A DNA stretch of 64,000 nucleotides from NCBI RefSeq assembly GCF_009914755.1, contig NC_060933.1; one strand, 5' to 3'. How positions within the stretch are numbered: the first letter of the stretch is position 1; each line of letters opens with the position of its first letter. This document shows, one piece after another, positions 15,371-34,232 of the stretch. Source of the stretch: the human T2T-CHM13v2.0 reference genome, Homo sapiens. The position numbers were made by a program, and so were the translations under genes. The notes below the pieces were generated by a model. The model did no database searches. It saw only the letters and a program-made list of their open reading frames with translations, and had not been told where the DNA came from.

Positions 15371-18300
15371 TAGGTGACATCTGTCACCTTCCCAGATTTA
15401 GGACAGTCCCAGTTTATGTTCGTTGTCCTGTATCCTGTCCACATGAAGCATCTAACTAGAATTTCCCTTTCATTTTAATCAACAAGTTGCATTAACATGT
15501 ATTACCTATTATTAAACTGTGTACCAACTGTACATTTAAGCTTATTAACAGTTGCATTAAAATAATCCAGGGTGAATTTGTTGTATCTCCACTTTCACCT
15601 GTTAGTGTGTGAGACATCCATGCAGTGAAAAGATAGAATAATATGTGGCTAAATCAGAAGATAATCAGGAATAAACCCATCTCTCCTTTCCTGACCTTTT
15701 CCAGACACAATGTAACTAAAACTTTCCTTTCAGGGGCAGGAAGCAGAACACTCACATTCACTGATAAAACAAATTAAGCTTGGACAAGAGAAGCTGCAGA
15801 CAGAAAACTCCTTCAGGACTCAGATGGTGGTGGAGAAAGATTGGAAGCAGCTGCCTCGGCCAACCACCTGGAAAGTCAGCCAGTTGTGCTCCTATCTGCA
15901 AGATGTGCAAAATGCTGCCAGGCAGCCGTGTGGTCAAGTCAGTGGGAAATTGGAAAATTACAAGCATAGTGCACATGAAATATGTACAGAAAACAGAAGT
16001 TGGATAGGCCTGCCTCAGAGCAATGGAGAGTACCTCGGATGCTCTTGCTACAGTGAGTTGACCTTTTTTATATGGTTTAAGTGTATATCTAGTTATTTTA
16101 TTGGATGGCAATGCTTTTACATTTCGCAGTAAACTCTTCTGGCAGCAACAACCTCGAAAGTAGATAAATGCATAACTGCTCCAAATGGTTAACTGTCATA
16201 GCCAAAAGGAGCATAAGGAGACATGACAACAAAATGGAACGTGGTGTCCTAAATGGATGCTGGAACAACAACAAAAAAGGGACTTTAGGGAAAAACTGAG
16301 GAAATCCGAATATGGACTTTAGTTAATAATAGTGAATCAATAATCAGTTCATTAATTGTAACAATTGTACTACACCAAAGCAAGATATTAATAAATAAGG
16401 AAAAGTGAGTACAGGTTACACGGGAACACTATACCATCTTCGTTTTTTTGTTTTTGTTTTTTTTTAAAAAAAGCTTCTCAGTATTATCCTCCACCATGGT
16501 GCACCATGGTGCCCTAAAGTGATACCATGGTGCCCTACATACAGTGGTATCATTAGCCACATGAAAACCAGAAAATATAAATCTCCTGAAGAGCAACAGG
16601 AACTATGTCTTTTAAGACAACCATATTCTTCAGAGTCTACAATTTTACTCATGCAGCTGCAGAAGGCTTACTTACATACCACCTGTGAAACATGACTTTT
16701 TTCTTAGGTCAAGAGACTTGTTCCAAATTAATTCTGCACAAATTTTTATTACAGATTATCTTGTACAAATGCAAAGAGTGAAATGAGAGCTGTGTATATT
16801 GCCTGCACTAGCAGAAGAAGAACTTCAAAAAGGTAAATGAGGCTAGTTTTATATCAATGCAATGAGATGCTTCAAAAAAAAAAATAAACAGTTGCATCAA
16901 TTCCAGCACTGGTTTGTTTTTTTCCCCATCCACTGAATGGAATCAACGTTCAGGAAGTTCATTCTGTCAAAGATAGAACATACAATCTTATTACGAACGC
17001 TATTACAAATTCCATGAAAAATAAAAGAATAAAGCATTGTAGTAAAAATTATATTTTTACCAAATTAAGAAATCTGTGAAGTAGAAACACACTGGAATTG
17101 GTGGCACATATAACTGAATCCAAATACACTTTAATATTCTGTAGACTGAAATGTTGTCAAAATTTCAAATATATTGACACACATAATTACATTATCTCAA
17201 CATTTTTGCAATAGTCATTTTCTCTCATTGTGGCTTATCACCATTCAGATTTTGGAAATCTTTGAGCCTTTGAAGAACTACTTAGCAAATCATTGTAAAT
17301 GTCCTATTTTTTTTTTTTTTTTTTTTGTAAACTAGTCTTCTAAGCTTTCATTACATTTTGTTCAAAATCAGTTGGAAAACTTTAATCAAATCACTCAACA
17401 TTAGGAAACATATAAAAGCTACCATCTATTTTTGAAGCTTTTTGCAGACTGAAATTAATTGAAAAGTAAGCCTGAAAACAGGAAGACACTAAGGAATTAA
17501 ACAAATTCAATGATAAGAGTTCAAATGTACAAATGAAATTCTGTAATTATTATTTGGAATATCTGAACTCATGAGAAAGATCTTTTGAGGGTCTTCCTAT
17601 CTTGATTAAATTTATATTCTGTAACAATAGGATGGAATTGAGAAGTCCTATAATTTTGATGTATCTAAGTATTGGAAAACATTTAAAGAATCATAAACGA
17701 ACACAACTTGGTAAGTCTTGTCTTATAAATGTTAATAAATTTGTCAAAGTATTTGTTAAAGAAAGTATTTTGAAAGGAGGTAAAGACATAGAACCTGTGA
17801 CAATCGTGGACTGAATTATTCACATATGTTAACATTTACATGTCAATACCAAGACAAAAAAGAATTTACGATATCCTCCACTTAGAATTTACTCTACAAT
17901 TATAGTTCAACACTTGAGAGTGTCTTCTTAATTAAAAAATTATGATCTACACAGAAGAGTCAACTGCTGATGTCAACAATTTCAAATTTAATAGTCAAAA
18001 AATGAAACCATAACTCTAAAGATTACAAGCAATATTATAGAAAAAATTAAGAATACGACCACATTGAACGAAGATGTATTCTTCAGAAAAGTACCACTAA
18101 TTCTGGCATTAGAGATAGATATAGAATTAACATTAAAATACGTGAATATATTCCAGTACTATTTTGCACATGCACTTTTTAATATTCACATAAGTGATAA
18201 GAATTTTTGCTTCAATGTACGTAAACCTTTTATATATTTTACAAATAACTTTATTTTTAAAATTTTTGACTAGAACTAGTACATAGGACCACTATATAAT
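15371..18300 (+). mobile_element. Probable Blackjack-type hAT DNA transposon relic, interrupted by an old L1M fragment (~16190-16440)
   Basis: MER94/Blackjack-like terminus (aggtgacat...ggacagtcccagttt) followed by decayed transposase-like peptides (e.g. QILEIFEPLKNYLANHCKCP near 17246-17305). Boundaries uncertain. Confidence 0.55.
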
Positions 18301-19448
18301 AAAAACAATTTGTCAGATAATAAAATAGTGTTTTGATAAAATTATATAATTTAAAGTATATTAGTTATCCTCATTTTATTCTCAAACAAGTCCTGGTTTA
18401 GGGAATCAATTCTATGGCCACTCTAGTTTTCTGTCTCATTTTCTTCACTCTTTTTCCATCCTTAGGTGCTCAGTGTCCTCAAGTATTTTGTAGAAGGCTC
18501 AATACAAAATATGTAACTTTTCAACAAGGAGACAAAGTTCAGATGAAGCATGTTTTCTTGACTGATTTCACATCACTGTTCTGGTTTTTTTGTTTTGTTT
18601 TTTCAATTTTTGAGATTGCAAAAGTTGAGAAACAAATTCTTCCCTCCCTTTTCAAAGTATATTTTAATCTCAGTCTTTGATCAGAATCTAAGCCTTTCAT
18701 ATATGCTATCTAGAAGCCAAATGCTACAAATCAGTCAAGGCTTTCCCAAAAGTCACCTCTGAAAGTCGGCCCTGAATACTCCAGTCACAGGGAAATCCCT
18801 CCCCTCCTATCCCCTGCCACTCTTTATCTGAGTTCTGTGTATTGAGTTTTCTGTGGCTGTTTTACCTTCCCAGTTACCCTATCAGTCTCATATCCCCTGT
18901 AGCACCCGGCACCTACAGGTTTGACCTGCAGCAGCTTCTCCATTAATGAATGAAGGAAGGAGGCAGGAGGTCTGGAGAAGAAGGGCTCAACGTGAACTGA
19001 TGTGGAGAAGGTGGAGTTTTATACTGGATCTGCGACAGGCTCAGAACTCTGACTCAGAGAGGACAAAGAAGGCAACAGTGTGAAGGAGTGAGCAGCTAAG
19101 CCTTGCCTGCACAGGGTTAGGGAGAGGACTAACTATGGGAAATATGATTGCCAAGATAAAAAGGGTCTCTCCTGCTGAACACAGTGAGAAAGTAGGAGAT
19201 TCTAGAAAGCACAGCAGATTCCATCTGAACTTTACACGCACCAGCATGCACCAGTCTTCAGCGTGCTGCTGCCTTCTTCACTATTTTTTCCCTTTCTCCT
19301 TTCACATTGTTTTCAATGGGGATGCGCCCACTATTTACCATATAACAGATGCTAAGAAAGCTGAAAATAAGTCCAACTCAAGAAACTGTCTGTCTTGCTG
19401 GTATCTGGAACTATTTCTGACATGCAAAGGCCCCTTTATCTTGTTCCA

Positions 19449-19788
19449 TGATATGGTTTGGCTCTGTCCCCAGCCAAATCTCATCTTAACTGTAGCTCCC
19501 ATAATTCCCATGTGTCATGGGAGGTACCTGATGGAAGGTAACTGAATCACGGGGGCAGGTTTTTTGGTGCTGTTCTAGTGATAGTGAATAAGTCTCATGA
19601 GATCTGATGGTTTTATAAAGGGCCGTTCCCCTACACACACTCTCTTGCCTTCAGCCATGTAAGATGTGCCTTTGCTCCTCCCTCGCCTCCCAGCCATGTG
19701 GAACTGTGAGTCCCTTAAACCTCTTTTTCTTTATAAATTACCCAGTCTCAGGTATTTCTTCAAAGCAGTACAAAAATGGATGAATACA
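19449..19788 (+). mobile_element. THE1-type MaLR solo LTR
   Basis: tgatatggtttggctctgtccccagccaaatctcatctt ... aaatggatgaataca. Confidence 0.88.
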
Positions 19789-20247
19789 CTCCACCTCAGG
19801 TTTGTGTTTTTGTGGGCTGAGGTTGCTGCAATCTCAACATCAGCTGAATGGCTAAACCAATGTATCAAATCTTGAATATATTTTGAATATACTTCAATAA
19901 TAAATGTGGGGGCATTTTTAACAAAATATTATTTATATTTGTTAATAACATATATGTGAGTTCCAAAAATAAATTAAATTACATGATTCTATGGCGATCA
20001 ACAAAGACAACATATTGCATACATAGATAACTCACCATAGCTTCTACAAAAGATAAGGATTTGCTTGTCATTCTAAAATCTCCAAATGATTTATTAATAT
20101 ACTACAGAATCATGAATACCAGTAAAGAACAATTTCTCTTTCGAAATCAGTACATTCTGGAATATATAAGTGCATTCTACTTGTTCATTCAATAGCAAAT
20201 ATATTTCCTGAATTAGCACTGATTATATATTGAATACCTACCACTGA

Positions 20248-20761
<514 letters not shown>

Positions 20762-23700
20762 TAGTTTTCTATGACAGTTAATGTAATTAAGCATGAAATT
20801 ATTGTCTATGACATCTTTGAATTATGTTAAAACTATTTATATATGTGATATTATTTGTTTAGTGTCCCAAAAGACATGTCACCGAGTTTTATAATCTACT
20901 TTTAATTTTAAGAATCACTGATTTTTACCTACCTACCTTGCTACCCAACCATCAAACACAAAGATAAATCAATAACAGTGTCCCAGTCTGTTTTATGAAA
21001 ACATACAAAAATAGATCAAAAGTATCAAACCAAGTAAAATTAGTTGTAGAGATTTTCTTATGAATTTCTTAAACACATTTCCCCTTTGAAATAAAATGTT
21101 GCTGACATCTCTAATTTGACATTTCAACAGTGAAGTAAGACCCTTTGAGAGGCTCCCGGTCTCACTCCATGGTGCTTGGGGTACATTCTCCACAAAGCAG
21201 AAGCCTCCTGAGACAGACCCCACTGCCCATCATCTGTCCACTCCACTGCTTTCCCAGCAACCTGCTGGAAAGTTTAATTATTTTTTCATTTGATTTTCTG
21301 CAGAACGGAAGGGTGATTTTCTGAAGTGTGTTTTTAAAAAAAGGTAGCCAAAAATCTCATTAAAATCCGACTTTGGCACATTATTCAAGGATCAGTTGTC
21401 CTGCCACTGGTCCACTTTTGTGTTCCCAAAGCCACAGTTCACTAAAAGAGCAAACAGCCTTCAGATCTGCAAACACCATCTGCCAACAGAGGCTGACCTC
21501 AACCCCCAAGAAAAGTCAAGAAAAGAAAAACCAGTCTTCCCTTAATTGAGTCATCATCTTAACTCACTGGTTCATCAGATAAGGAAAAGCAATTTCAGTA
21601 AGCTGTATATTTACATTTATCTCAGTTTATATTTTTTTATCCCAAACCTTTAACATTCCCTTGGTTTCCAGTTCTGTGGTCTGAGCTGCACTCCTCTCTC
21701 ACCTGCTTGGATAATAACATACCCTCTGGGCAGCAAAATGAATACAAAAGCTACTAAAGAAAATAGGAATAAATGCCTAATTGTTGCTTTAAATGCAAGA
21801 ACTATATAGAAAGTTGTCATAAAGTTATTACAATAATTTGCTTGAGTGGACAAGGAGAATCCACAAAGCAGTAGTATTTGTTTATCTTGGTGTGTAGTTT
21901 TTTAAGCATTCCCCTAAGACTCAAAAGAGAAAGGATTAAAAATAATTTCAGTGACCAACATATGAAGTGACTGACAGACTCCAGTGGATTCATTCAGCAT
22001 GAACCATGCCCACTCCTGGCTGGGCACCTACTTCTTATTTGTATTCAAAATAATATAACTCCATGTTTTGTGCTTATCTCTCTAAGTGGCTGAATTTCTA
22101 AAAAGATAATTTAGAACTACAGCATCTACTTGAGGAATCTCCAAAATAAACAAAATTGAAAAAGGAGTTAATGTATGAATAAAAATGGAACAGGAGTAAA
22201 ACTACAAATAATATTATAATTTCAAAATGATGGCAGCACTCCAGCTATCTGAAACTCAGGTATCTGACTAAGAAGAATCCAAAAGGAGGTTGGAAAGTCA
22301 GAAAAAAAAAGAAAAACAGCCTCTGAGACACCCCTGCTTGGTTTAGAAATAATCTACATTCAAACAGTGCTTTTAAAACACAATTCTAATGTATCTGATA
22401 ATTTGTTTTCCAAAACTTCAACAGACAAAAGACCCAGGAAGGAAGGAAGTACTGAGAATAGTAAAATGTCATTTGGCAGCCTGACGGCAAGGACAAACAC
22501 TCCACACGGTAACTTAAAATGCTAAGCTGAACCACCATCTCCACAAATCCCTGGGGATATCATTCTACTACCTCCCGGGATAAAGCTAGACTTCATATGA
22601 TGACCCTGAGTTAGCACGGAAAGCTTCAGTGATTTTGCAAACAATTTTTCTGACCAATGTGTTGCCCATGTCCATATGCTTACCAAAAGACTTGTGACAG
22701 ATGATCACTGCAGTACTATGTGTGACATCCATGACACAGAAATTATCCAAATGGACATTTTTAGTAAACTGGATAAATCAATTGCGGTATTTTCACACTG
22801 TGGAATAGACTACATCAGTGAAAATAAAAGTTTTAAACTACAAGCTCACAAACATCATGGTGACTGAAAGAAGCCAAATGCATTGTATGAACCTATGTAT
22901 GTAACATCAAAACAGAAGCAAAGGACAATAACTTCTCTGGAAAGAGGGGTCTGCAGTGATTGGTGGGGGGGGACCCTGGGCTTCTGCAATGTAGTAAAAT
23001 GTTCTGTTTCTTCACCTGCATTCTGATTTATTCAAGCATTCCATCTGAAAACTCAGCAAGCTGTACACTTAACGTTCTGTGTGCTTTTTTTGCATGTGGT
23101 TTTGTCTTTGAAGAATACATTCACAAAATATACAGAATACTTGATGGAGCATAAATGACTGTATCCTCAAGGTAAACTCAGTCATGAACATCTCAAAATT
23201 CAGATATCAAATAACCAGAAGCACCCCCAGGCAAAATTTTGAAGTCAGCGAAGTTTATCTCTTCTACCTCAGTTCAGCATTTTTTTTTCTGGGTCTTTTC
23301 TGCCTCTTTGAAAGCATCTGCCCAGCAGATGTGGCCACATCCCACACTCTCGCTTCTCATTTTCTCAGCAAAGTTTATTACACACACAAACTATTCAGGG
23401 ATTCTGTTAAAATGCAGATGCTTCAGTGAGTCTGCGGTGGGACCTAAGAGTTTGCACTTCTAGAAACGCCCTTGACTAGCAGAGAGAAGACGTGATTTAA
23501 CACCAGTGCCCGCTGAGCTGCTGGGAACGGAATAATGAATCTAGCAGCTCTCTTGTGGCTGCTTTAGGACCTATACCTGATGGAATACTTCTGGCTTCCC
23601 TGTGCTCTCTATTACATCCCTGTTAGTAACTTCCAACTCGGGGACAAAAACTAGTAGTTGGGCATAGCAGATAGAACCCATTCCTACTGGAAAAAATTTC

Positions 23701-24285
23701 TTCCTGTTCCTCATTAAAATGTCAGCCTTTGGACTTCTTGGCACAATGTCTTCCTTTCACAGAGCATCTGCAGAAAGGAGGGAAGGAAGGAGTGAGAAGG
23801 AAGGAGAAGAAGAAGGGAAGCCAGAAAGCAGTGAATTTGCCCAGGAAAGTCCAGCAAAGCAAAATGTTTGTGTGGCTTGCTGGACGGCTATGGCTGCCCA
23901 AATCCAAGATGTATCTTCTGTGAGGTGCTCAGTTTGAAGTTATGAGTATTTTGATGAAGAGTGGGATTGTAGGGTGAAGACAGAGGGGTAGGAACAAGGC
24001 TGAATAATAAGACCTCCCAGAGGGGCATCTCAGAGCCATAAGCAGATGTAGGGCAAGCCTTTTCTTGGGAAATAAAAAAAAAATTAATAACTTTAAAGTT
24101 GACATAGAAATTTGGTACTTTGTTGTGGAGTGTTTAGGCATTTGGAAGGTGGGGGAATATAATATATGTATAGGAATTTTTCCTGATTCAAATAGTTTGA
24201 ATTTTCTGTTACTTACAAGCTAGAAGCATTCAAAAACGCTCTGTGATCTCAAAACTGAGAATATTTGAAAAACTTTCTTAGTGGC

Positions 24286-24812
24286 TATGATGGTGAATTT
24301 TATTTATGTCAACTTGTCTAGGCCACAGTAGCCAGATATTTGCTTAAACATGTGAGTATGTTGCTGTGAAGGTACTCTGTACATGAGATTAACACTTAAA
24401 TCAGTAGACTTCGAGTAAAGCAGTTTACCCTCCATAATGTGGGTAGGTGAGTCTCATCCATTCAGTAAAGACCTTAACAGAACAAAGACTGATCTCCCAG
24501 GAGGAAGAGGGAATTCTGCTAGCAGATGACCTTTTCACCGGGACTGCAACTTCAACCCCTCCCTGGGTCTCCAGCCTGCCATCCTGCCCTGCAGAGTTTG
24601 GACTTACCAGCCTCCACAGTCACACGAGTCAATTCCCTAAAATTAATATATCTCAATCTCTCTCTTTCTAAATAATATGTAAAGAGATATGTGTGTACAT
24701 ATGGTATATATATAACACATACATTTTATATGTGTGTCTGTGTGTATGTACATGTATGTACACATACACACATCTTATTGGTTCTGTTTCTCTGGAGAAC
24801 TCTAACTAATAC
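24286..24812 (+). mobile_element. MLT2-type ERVL LTR
   Basis: tatgatggtgaattttatttatgtcaactt ... ggttctgtttctctggagaactctaactaataca, with an internal (TA)/(TG) tract. Confidence 0.8.
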
Positions 24813-25649
24813 AAGTGTCTTAAATCACTGCACTTTCATTGGGGCTAATCAATGTAGACCAATGTACCAGCTTCACAGTGAATGTATGCTAGGACTGATG
24901 AAAAGAGCTGAATAAGAACTTTAATTGTTACTGATAAGAACCTTAATTTTAAATATCATTCAACAGGGCAGGTCACTTCCCAAGGCTCCAAGTGCTCAGC
25001 TATCCCATCATATTTTCATTTTAGCCAGGGTCATTAGGACTCTAACAACCTAATGGATTTCTGAACTTTTGTGGACTAAAGCACTTTTATTATCCTGAAG
25101 ACAGCTCATTTGCTATAATCTCTTAGGAGAGAGGTGATGCATTATCCTTTTAGACCAACACAAAACCTTGAATCTGTGTTCACAGAATCAATCTGACATT
25201 CATTTCTGTCTTTGTGCCTTGCTGGAGCTTCCCATGAGTTCTGGACTCAAGATGTTTTTTTAGGACTTCTCTGCCATAATGCAGGTACCTGCACCATCAG
25301 TTAGCTCACTCCCTAGGTCAGTAAATGAAGTATGCTAAAGCAGAAATGACTTTTCCCAGTGTGCCCCCAAGTAACAGCCACTGAAATGCAAGTCCATTAA
25401 CAGCTGCACACAGCAGGCTACAGAGGAATGCAGTGTGGACCTGATGCTGTTTCGCACTGTGGTTGTACTGTTAGCACAGACTGTCCACCTGTGTTGTCTG
25501 GGTTCTCTCAGATCCTTGTGCATTTTGTCCTTGCTCCACTAACTAAGCAGCCACAACCCTACACCTCCATTAAGCTTCCTTCACCTTCGGAAAAAAAAAA
25601 AAAACCCTGCAAAATCCTATATTTTCATGTTTAAACACTTTTTCAGATT

Positions 25650-25782
25650 ATTTTTTAACTCTTATTTTAAGCTCAGGGGTACATGTGCAGGTTTGTTACA
25701 TAGGTAAACTCGTGTCATGAGGCTCTGTTATACAGATTATTTCATCATCACCCAGGTACTAAGCCTAGTACCCAATAGTTAT
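25650..25782 (-). mobile_element. Short 3' end of an older L1PA
   Basis: ttttaagctcaggggtacatgtgcaggtttgttacataggtaaac. Confidence 0.8.
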
Positions 25783-28116
25783 CATTTTTAAGATACCCAC
25801 AGGTATTCTGAACTACTGTATTTCTATGTCTATTAAGAATCTCGCATGACTTTTTTTACTGTGCTAGTATTTTATTAGGATTATTACTGCTTATTTGAGT
25901 ATTCTCATTATAGAAGTATAGATATCGAGTTGTCTGCACCATTCCTACTTTTTTTTCCATATGCCTTGTGTATGTTTGCAGAACACTAGGCTTTTCTGGA
26001 ATGTATACACTGTGTTCAAGCAGAAATGCCTACACTGTAATTCATTCATTAGCATCCCCAAGCAAACCATATCTGCCAGTTTGAAGTACATGCGATACCA
26101 AGAGATCCCCAAGGAGGAAAAGAAAAAGTATTTTGCACTACAAACACTAACACTAGTTTACAGCATTCCCATCAGAAAACATGACACAGGAGTATCCTAA
26201 AATGGATTTTCTAAACAAATGTGGGTTGGCTCTTCATGAATTCTTCCACCTCAGCTCAGAGCAGACTGTAATTCTGTTTGATAGAAGCAAGAATTATGAG
26301 ACGACTGTGTCATCCCAGGGGATGAAATGGCAGAGATCACCATGCTAGGCAGATGGGCAACAAATCAGGAAATGCTGCCTAAACCTCCCATAAACCCTTC
26401 ATCCTTGCACCAGGTAGATACAGGGAGCTAACAATAGGTGATACTTTCACCACTGCATTCGGATTTCAGAATAAATAACTCCTTTCATACTTTTTTGCTT
26501 TCTATCTAGACATTTAAAATACATAATTGATCAGATACTATTATGACGAAATGGCCATCTGAGCATGTGCCATACTTTTACAGTTGTAAATGATCACAGA
26601 GGGCATCAAGGCTGAACATTCCCAGAAGACACCCCAAAACAAAATTTTAAAAATTGAAATTGAAGATAGTGGCTGCTCTTGGTGTGCACGTGATGGGAAG
26701 GGGCTCTCAGAACATGCCATTACCTTGGGTGTTTCTGCCTGGTCACTTAAAAATGGAAGACAAGGACAGATACATGTGAGAACATTTAAGGAACAAAGCT
26801 TGACTGAACCTGTTATGAGACTACTCCAAAACAAAACAAAAAAAGAAAAAACGAAAAAGAAAAAGAGGAAAAGTAACCCAGACACACAGCTTTCGTGGCT
26901 GTTCAAATTTCTTAGCCCTAAAATACAACTTTTGCCTAAGGGACAAAGAATTCCAACAATGAAAGAAAACAATACTACAATACCAGAAAATATGACCTCT
27001 TATAACTAAATTCCCTTATTTTTTATTACAAATCATTTCATTCCAATTGACTTTTCACACATCTTAAAAACTGTGACAGCCAAGTACTTCCAGCTTCAGA
27101 TGAAGAGAAAGAAAAATATCGGAGTGATAGGTATCCTGGACATCCCAATGCATTCACAGCTTAGCCCTCCTCCCCTAGGACATACCCATTAGGGCAGCAT
27201 AACCTGGAAGTAGAAAATATTATACAACAACATCTGTTGAGCCTGAGTGAGATAACTCTGTAAAGTACAATAACATCTAAGAGCAAACAAGAAAGTAAAG
27301 ATAAACTGTCATTGGGTCAAAAGGGTATCCCACAAACTTAGAAGGGAAATAAGTAACACCATTAAAGTTCTAAGTTAGGATGTCATGGAACAACATGCTC
27401 GAATCAACAGGGATCTTCAAAATGAGATCAAACCTAACATTTGAATTAACCAGGGCACATTCACAGGTTGCACACTGGAAATACTGTCTCTTTAGCTATG
27501 CAAAATTGGAAATTTGCACTTAAAACCCAGCATCACTGTCAACATTTGGACCTGCATCGTGCATGGCAGCTGCTGTCCAGAGCTGAAAAGTGGCTGAGCT
27601 GAGAAGTGGCTTTCCTCCCAGCATATAAAGCAGAGGCTCTTACTGGCCGTAGACTCCACATCACTGGGTCAGCATTACCTGCCTGGCTCTGGAGGCCTCC
27701 ACGTTTGTAAACCCTCCTCCATCAATCACAGCCCACAGTGTAGTAAGAGCGGAAGGAGCTTGGAGGTCATCTGACAGGGACCGGCAGTCCTATTGATGCT
27801 GGACTACAAAAGAAAGTTTTGGCACAATTCAACCTTGCAAAAGAAGGCATGAAGGCGTCACTTCTCTGTGGTAGAGGGGTGGAAACTCCCTGAGTGTAGC
27901 TGGTCTGTTTGATTTCTGACCACCACTGAGATCTGGACCCAGGCCATCTACCTCGTGATTCTTGCTACTTTATATCCTCACTGATGTCATCACCTTCTGA
28001 ATAGAGGGAAACCAGCCAAGCAACTTGGACTTTTGGCAGGAGACTATTTCTAAGTTACTCAGTGCCTCGTGCAGTCCTGGGCATACAGTGGATACAAAAA
28101 AAAAAGTTTAAGTGAA

Positions 28117-28155
28117 GGAATGAATGAGTAAATGAATGAATGAATGAATGAATGA
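28117..28155. repeat. (GAAT)n tract, probable 3' tail of an L2 remnant
   Basis: gaatgaatgagtaaatgaatgaatgaatgaatgaatgaa, preceded by an L2-like cctgggcatacagtgg. Confidence 0.7.
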
Positions 28156-28409
28156 AAAATAGGAAAAAGGGCGAGAAGAGTTTCTTCTGTGGGAAAATAA
28201 CACAGACGTTCCTTGTTTAGGATTGGGAGATTTAACATTTACTTTTTCCATAGTGTTATGCCCTCAATTTAAATGACAGAGGAGATAAATACACATTGAG
28301 AAATGAAACACTTATGTTTTCCATCCTATATAGTTCTTGAGGATTTCAAGTCCCATTAGAATATTTCTCATACTTGATTAACATGTAGACCTTATTAAAG
28401 ACTCCTGTG

Positions 28410-28761
<352 letters not shown>

Positions 28762-29325
28762 CTATGAACAAACATAAATCAGATATAAACTTCCTTGTAC
28801 CAACAGCATCAGTACATTTCTAAAATCGACACACATTTACAAAATCAATGACATCAGAATTAGCAATAGTCAGCTAACCTGACGGGGATGCAGTTTTCCA
28901 AGCTACATCTCCACAGTCAATGTCCGTGCGGGACTGGCTCATACATGGCTATCTTGAACACATTTCTATGATCAAAAGCCCATTCTCCCATCACTTTTCT
29001 ATTTAGACCACAGAAAATCCAGCACTCTGTTGTCAGTCACCTTCAGATTATGTGAACACATGGCTCAATGCACAGCCCACCTTTCTGCCTTCCTTTTTTT
29101 TTTTTTTTTTTTTTTTTTTATTATACTCTAAGTTTTAGGGTACATGTGCACATTGTGCAGGTTAGTTACATATGTATACATGTGCCATGCTGGTGCGCTG
29201 CACGCACTAACGTGTCATCTACCATTAGGTATATCTCCCAATGCTATCCCTTCCCCCCTCCCCCGACCCCACCAGAGTCCCCAGAGTGTGATATTCCCCT
29301 TCCTGTGTCCATGTGATCTCATTGT

Positions 29326-33176
<3,851 letters not shown>

Positions 33177-33215
33177 TCATTAGTTGATGCAGTTTCTTCC
33201 TAGTCTCGATGGTCT

Positions 33216-34232
33216 TTACATTTTGGCATGATTTTGCAGCGGCTGGTACCGGTTGATCCTTTCCATGTTTAGCACTTCCTTCAGGAGCTCTTTTAGGGCA
33301 GGCCTGGTGGTGACAAAATCTCTCAGCATTTGCTCGTCTATAAAGTATTTTATTTCTCCTTCACTTATGAAGCTTAGTTTGGCTGGATATGAAATTCTGG
33401 GTTGAAAATTCTTTTCTTTAAGAATGTTGAATATTGGCCCCCACTCTCTTCTGGCTTGTAGGGTTTCTGCCGAGAGATCCGCTGTTAGTCTGATGGGCTT
33501 CCCTTTGAGGGTAACCCGACCTTTCTCTCTGGCTGCCCTTAACATTTTTTCCTTCATTTCAACTTTGGTGAATCTGACAATTATGTGTCTTGGAGTTGCT
33601 CTTCTCGAGGAGTATCTTTGTGGCGTTCTCTGTATTTCCTGAATCTGAACGTTGGCCTGCCTTGCTAGATTGGGGAAGTTCTCCTGGATAATATCCTGCA
33701 GAGTGTTTTCCAACTTGGTTCCATTCTCCACATCACTTTCAGGTACACCAATCAGACGTAGATTTGGTCTTTTCACATAGTCCCATATTTCTTGGAGGCT
33801 TTGCTCATTTCTTTTTATTCTTTTTTCTCTAAACTTCCCTTCTCGCTTCATTTCATTCATTTCATCTTCCATTGCTGATACCCTTTCTTCCAGTTGATCG
33901 CATCGGCTCCTGAGGCTTCTGCATTCTTCACGTAGTTCTCGAGCCTTGGTTTTCAGCTCCATCAGCTCCTTTAAGCACTTCTCTGTATTGGTTATTCTAG
34001 TTATACATTCTTCTAAATTTTTTTCAAAGTTTTCAACTTCTTTGCCTTTGGTTTGAATGTCCTCCCGTAGCTCAGAGTAATTTGATCGTCTGAAGCCTTC
34101 TTCTCTCAGCTCGTCAAAATCATTTTCCATCCAGCTTTGTTCTGTTGCTGGTGAGGAACTGCGTTCCTTTGGAGGAGGAGAGGTGCTCTGCTTTTTAGAG
34201 TTTCCAGTTTTTCTGTTCTGTTTTTTCCCCAT
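33216..34232 (-). CDS. L1 ORF1p, intact, 338 aa
   Basis: MGKKQNRKTG...LQNHAKM; coiled coil, RRM and CTD, with REKG, ARR and YPAKLS motifs intact. Confidence 0.97.
   Translation of the reverse strand: MGKKQNRKTGNSKKQSTSPPPKERSSSPATEQSWMENDFDELREEGFRRSNYSELREDIQTKGKEVENFEKNLEECITRITNTEKCLKELMELKTKARELREECRSLRSRCDQLEERVSAMEDEMNEMKREGKFREKRIKRNEQSLQEIWDYVKRPNLRLIGVPESDVENGTKLENTLQDIIQENFPNLARQANVQIQEIQRTPQRYSSRRATPRHIIVRFTKVEMKEKMLRAAREKGRVTLKGKPIRLTADLSAETLQARREWGPIFNILKEKNFQPRISYPAKLSFISEGEIKYFIDEQMLRDFVTTRPALKELLKEVLNMERINRYQPLQNHAKM

Noticed and set aside
26541-27009. Overlapping 143- and 139-aa ORFs on opposite strands
   Set aside because: Low-complexity A/T tract; no domain, splice or codon-bias support.
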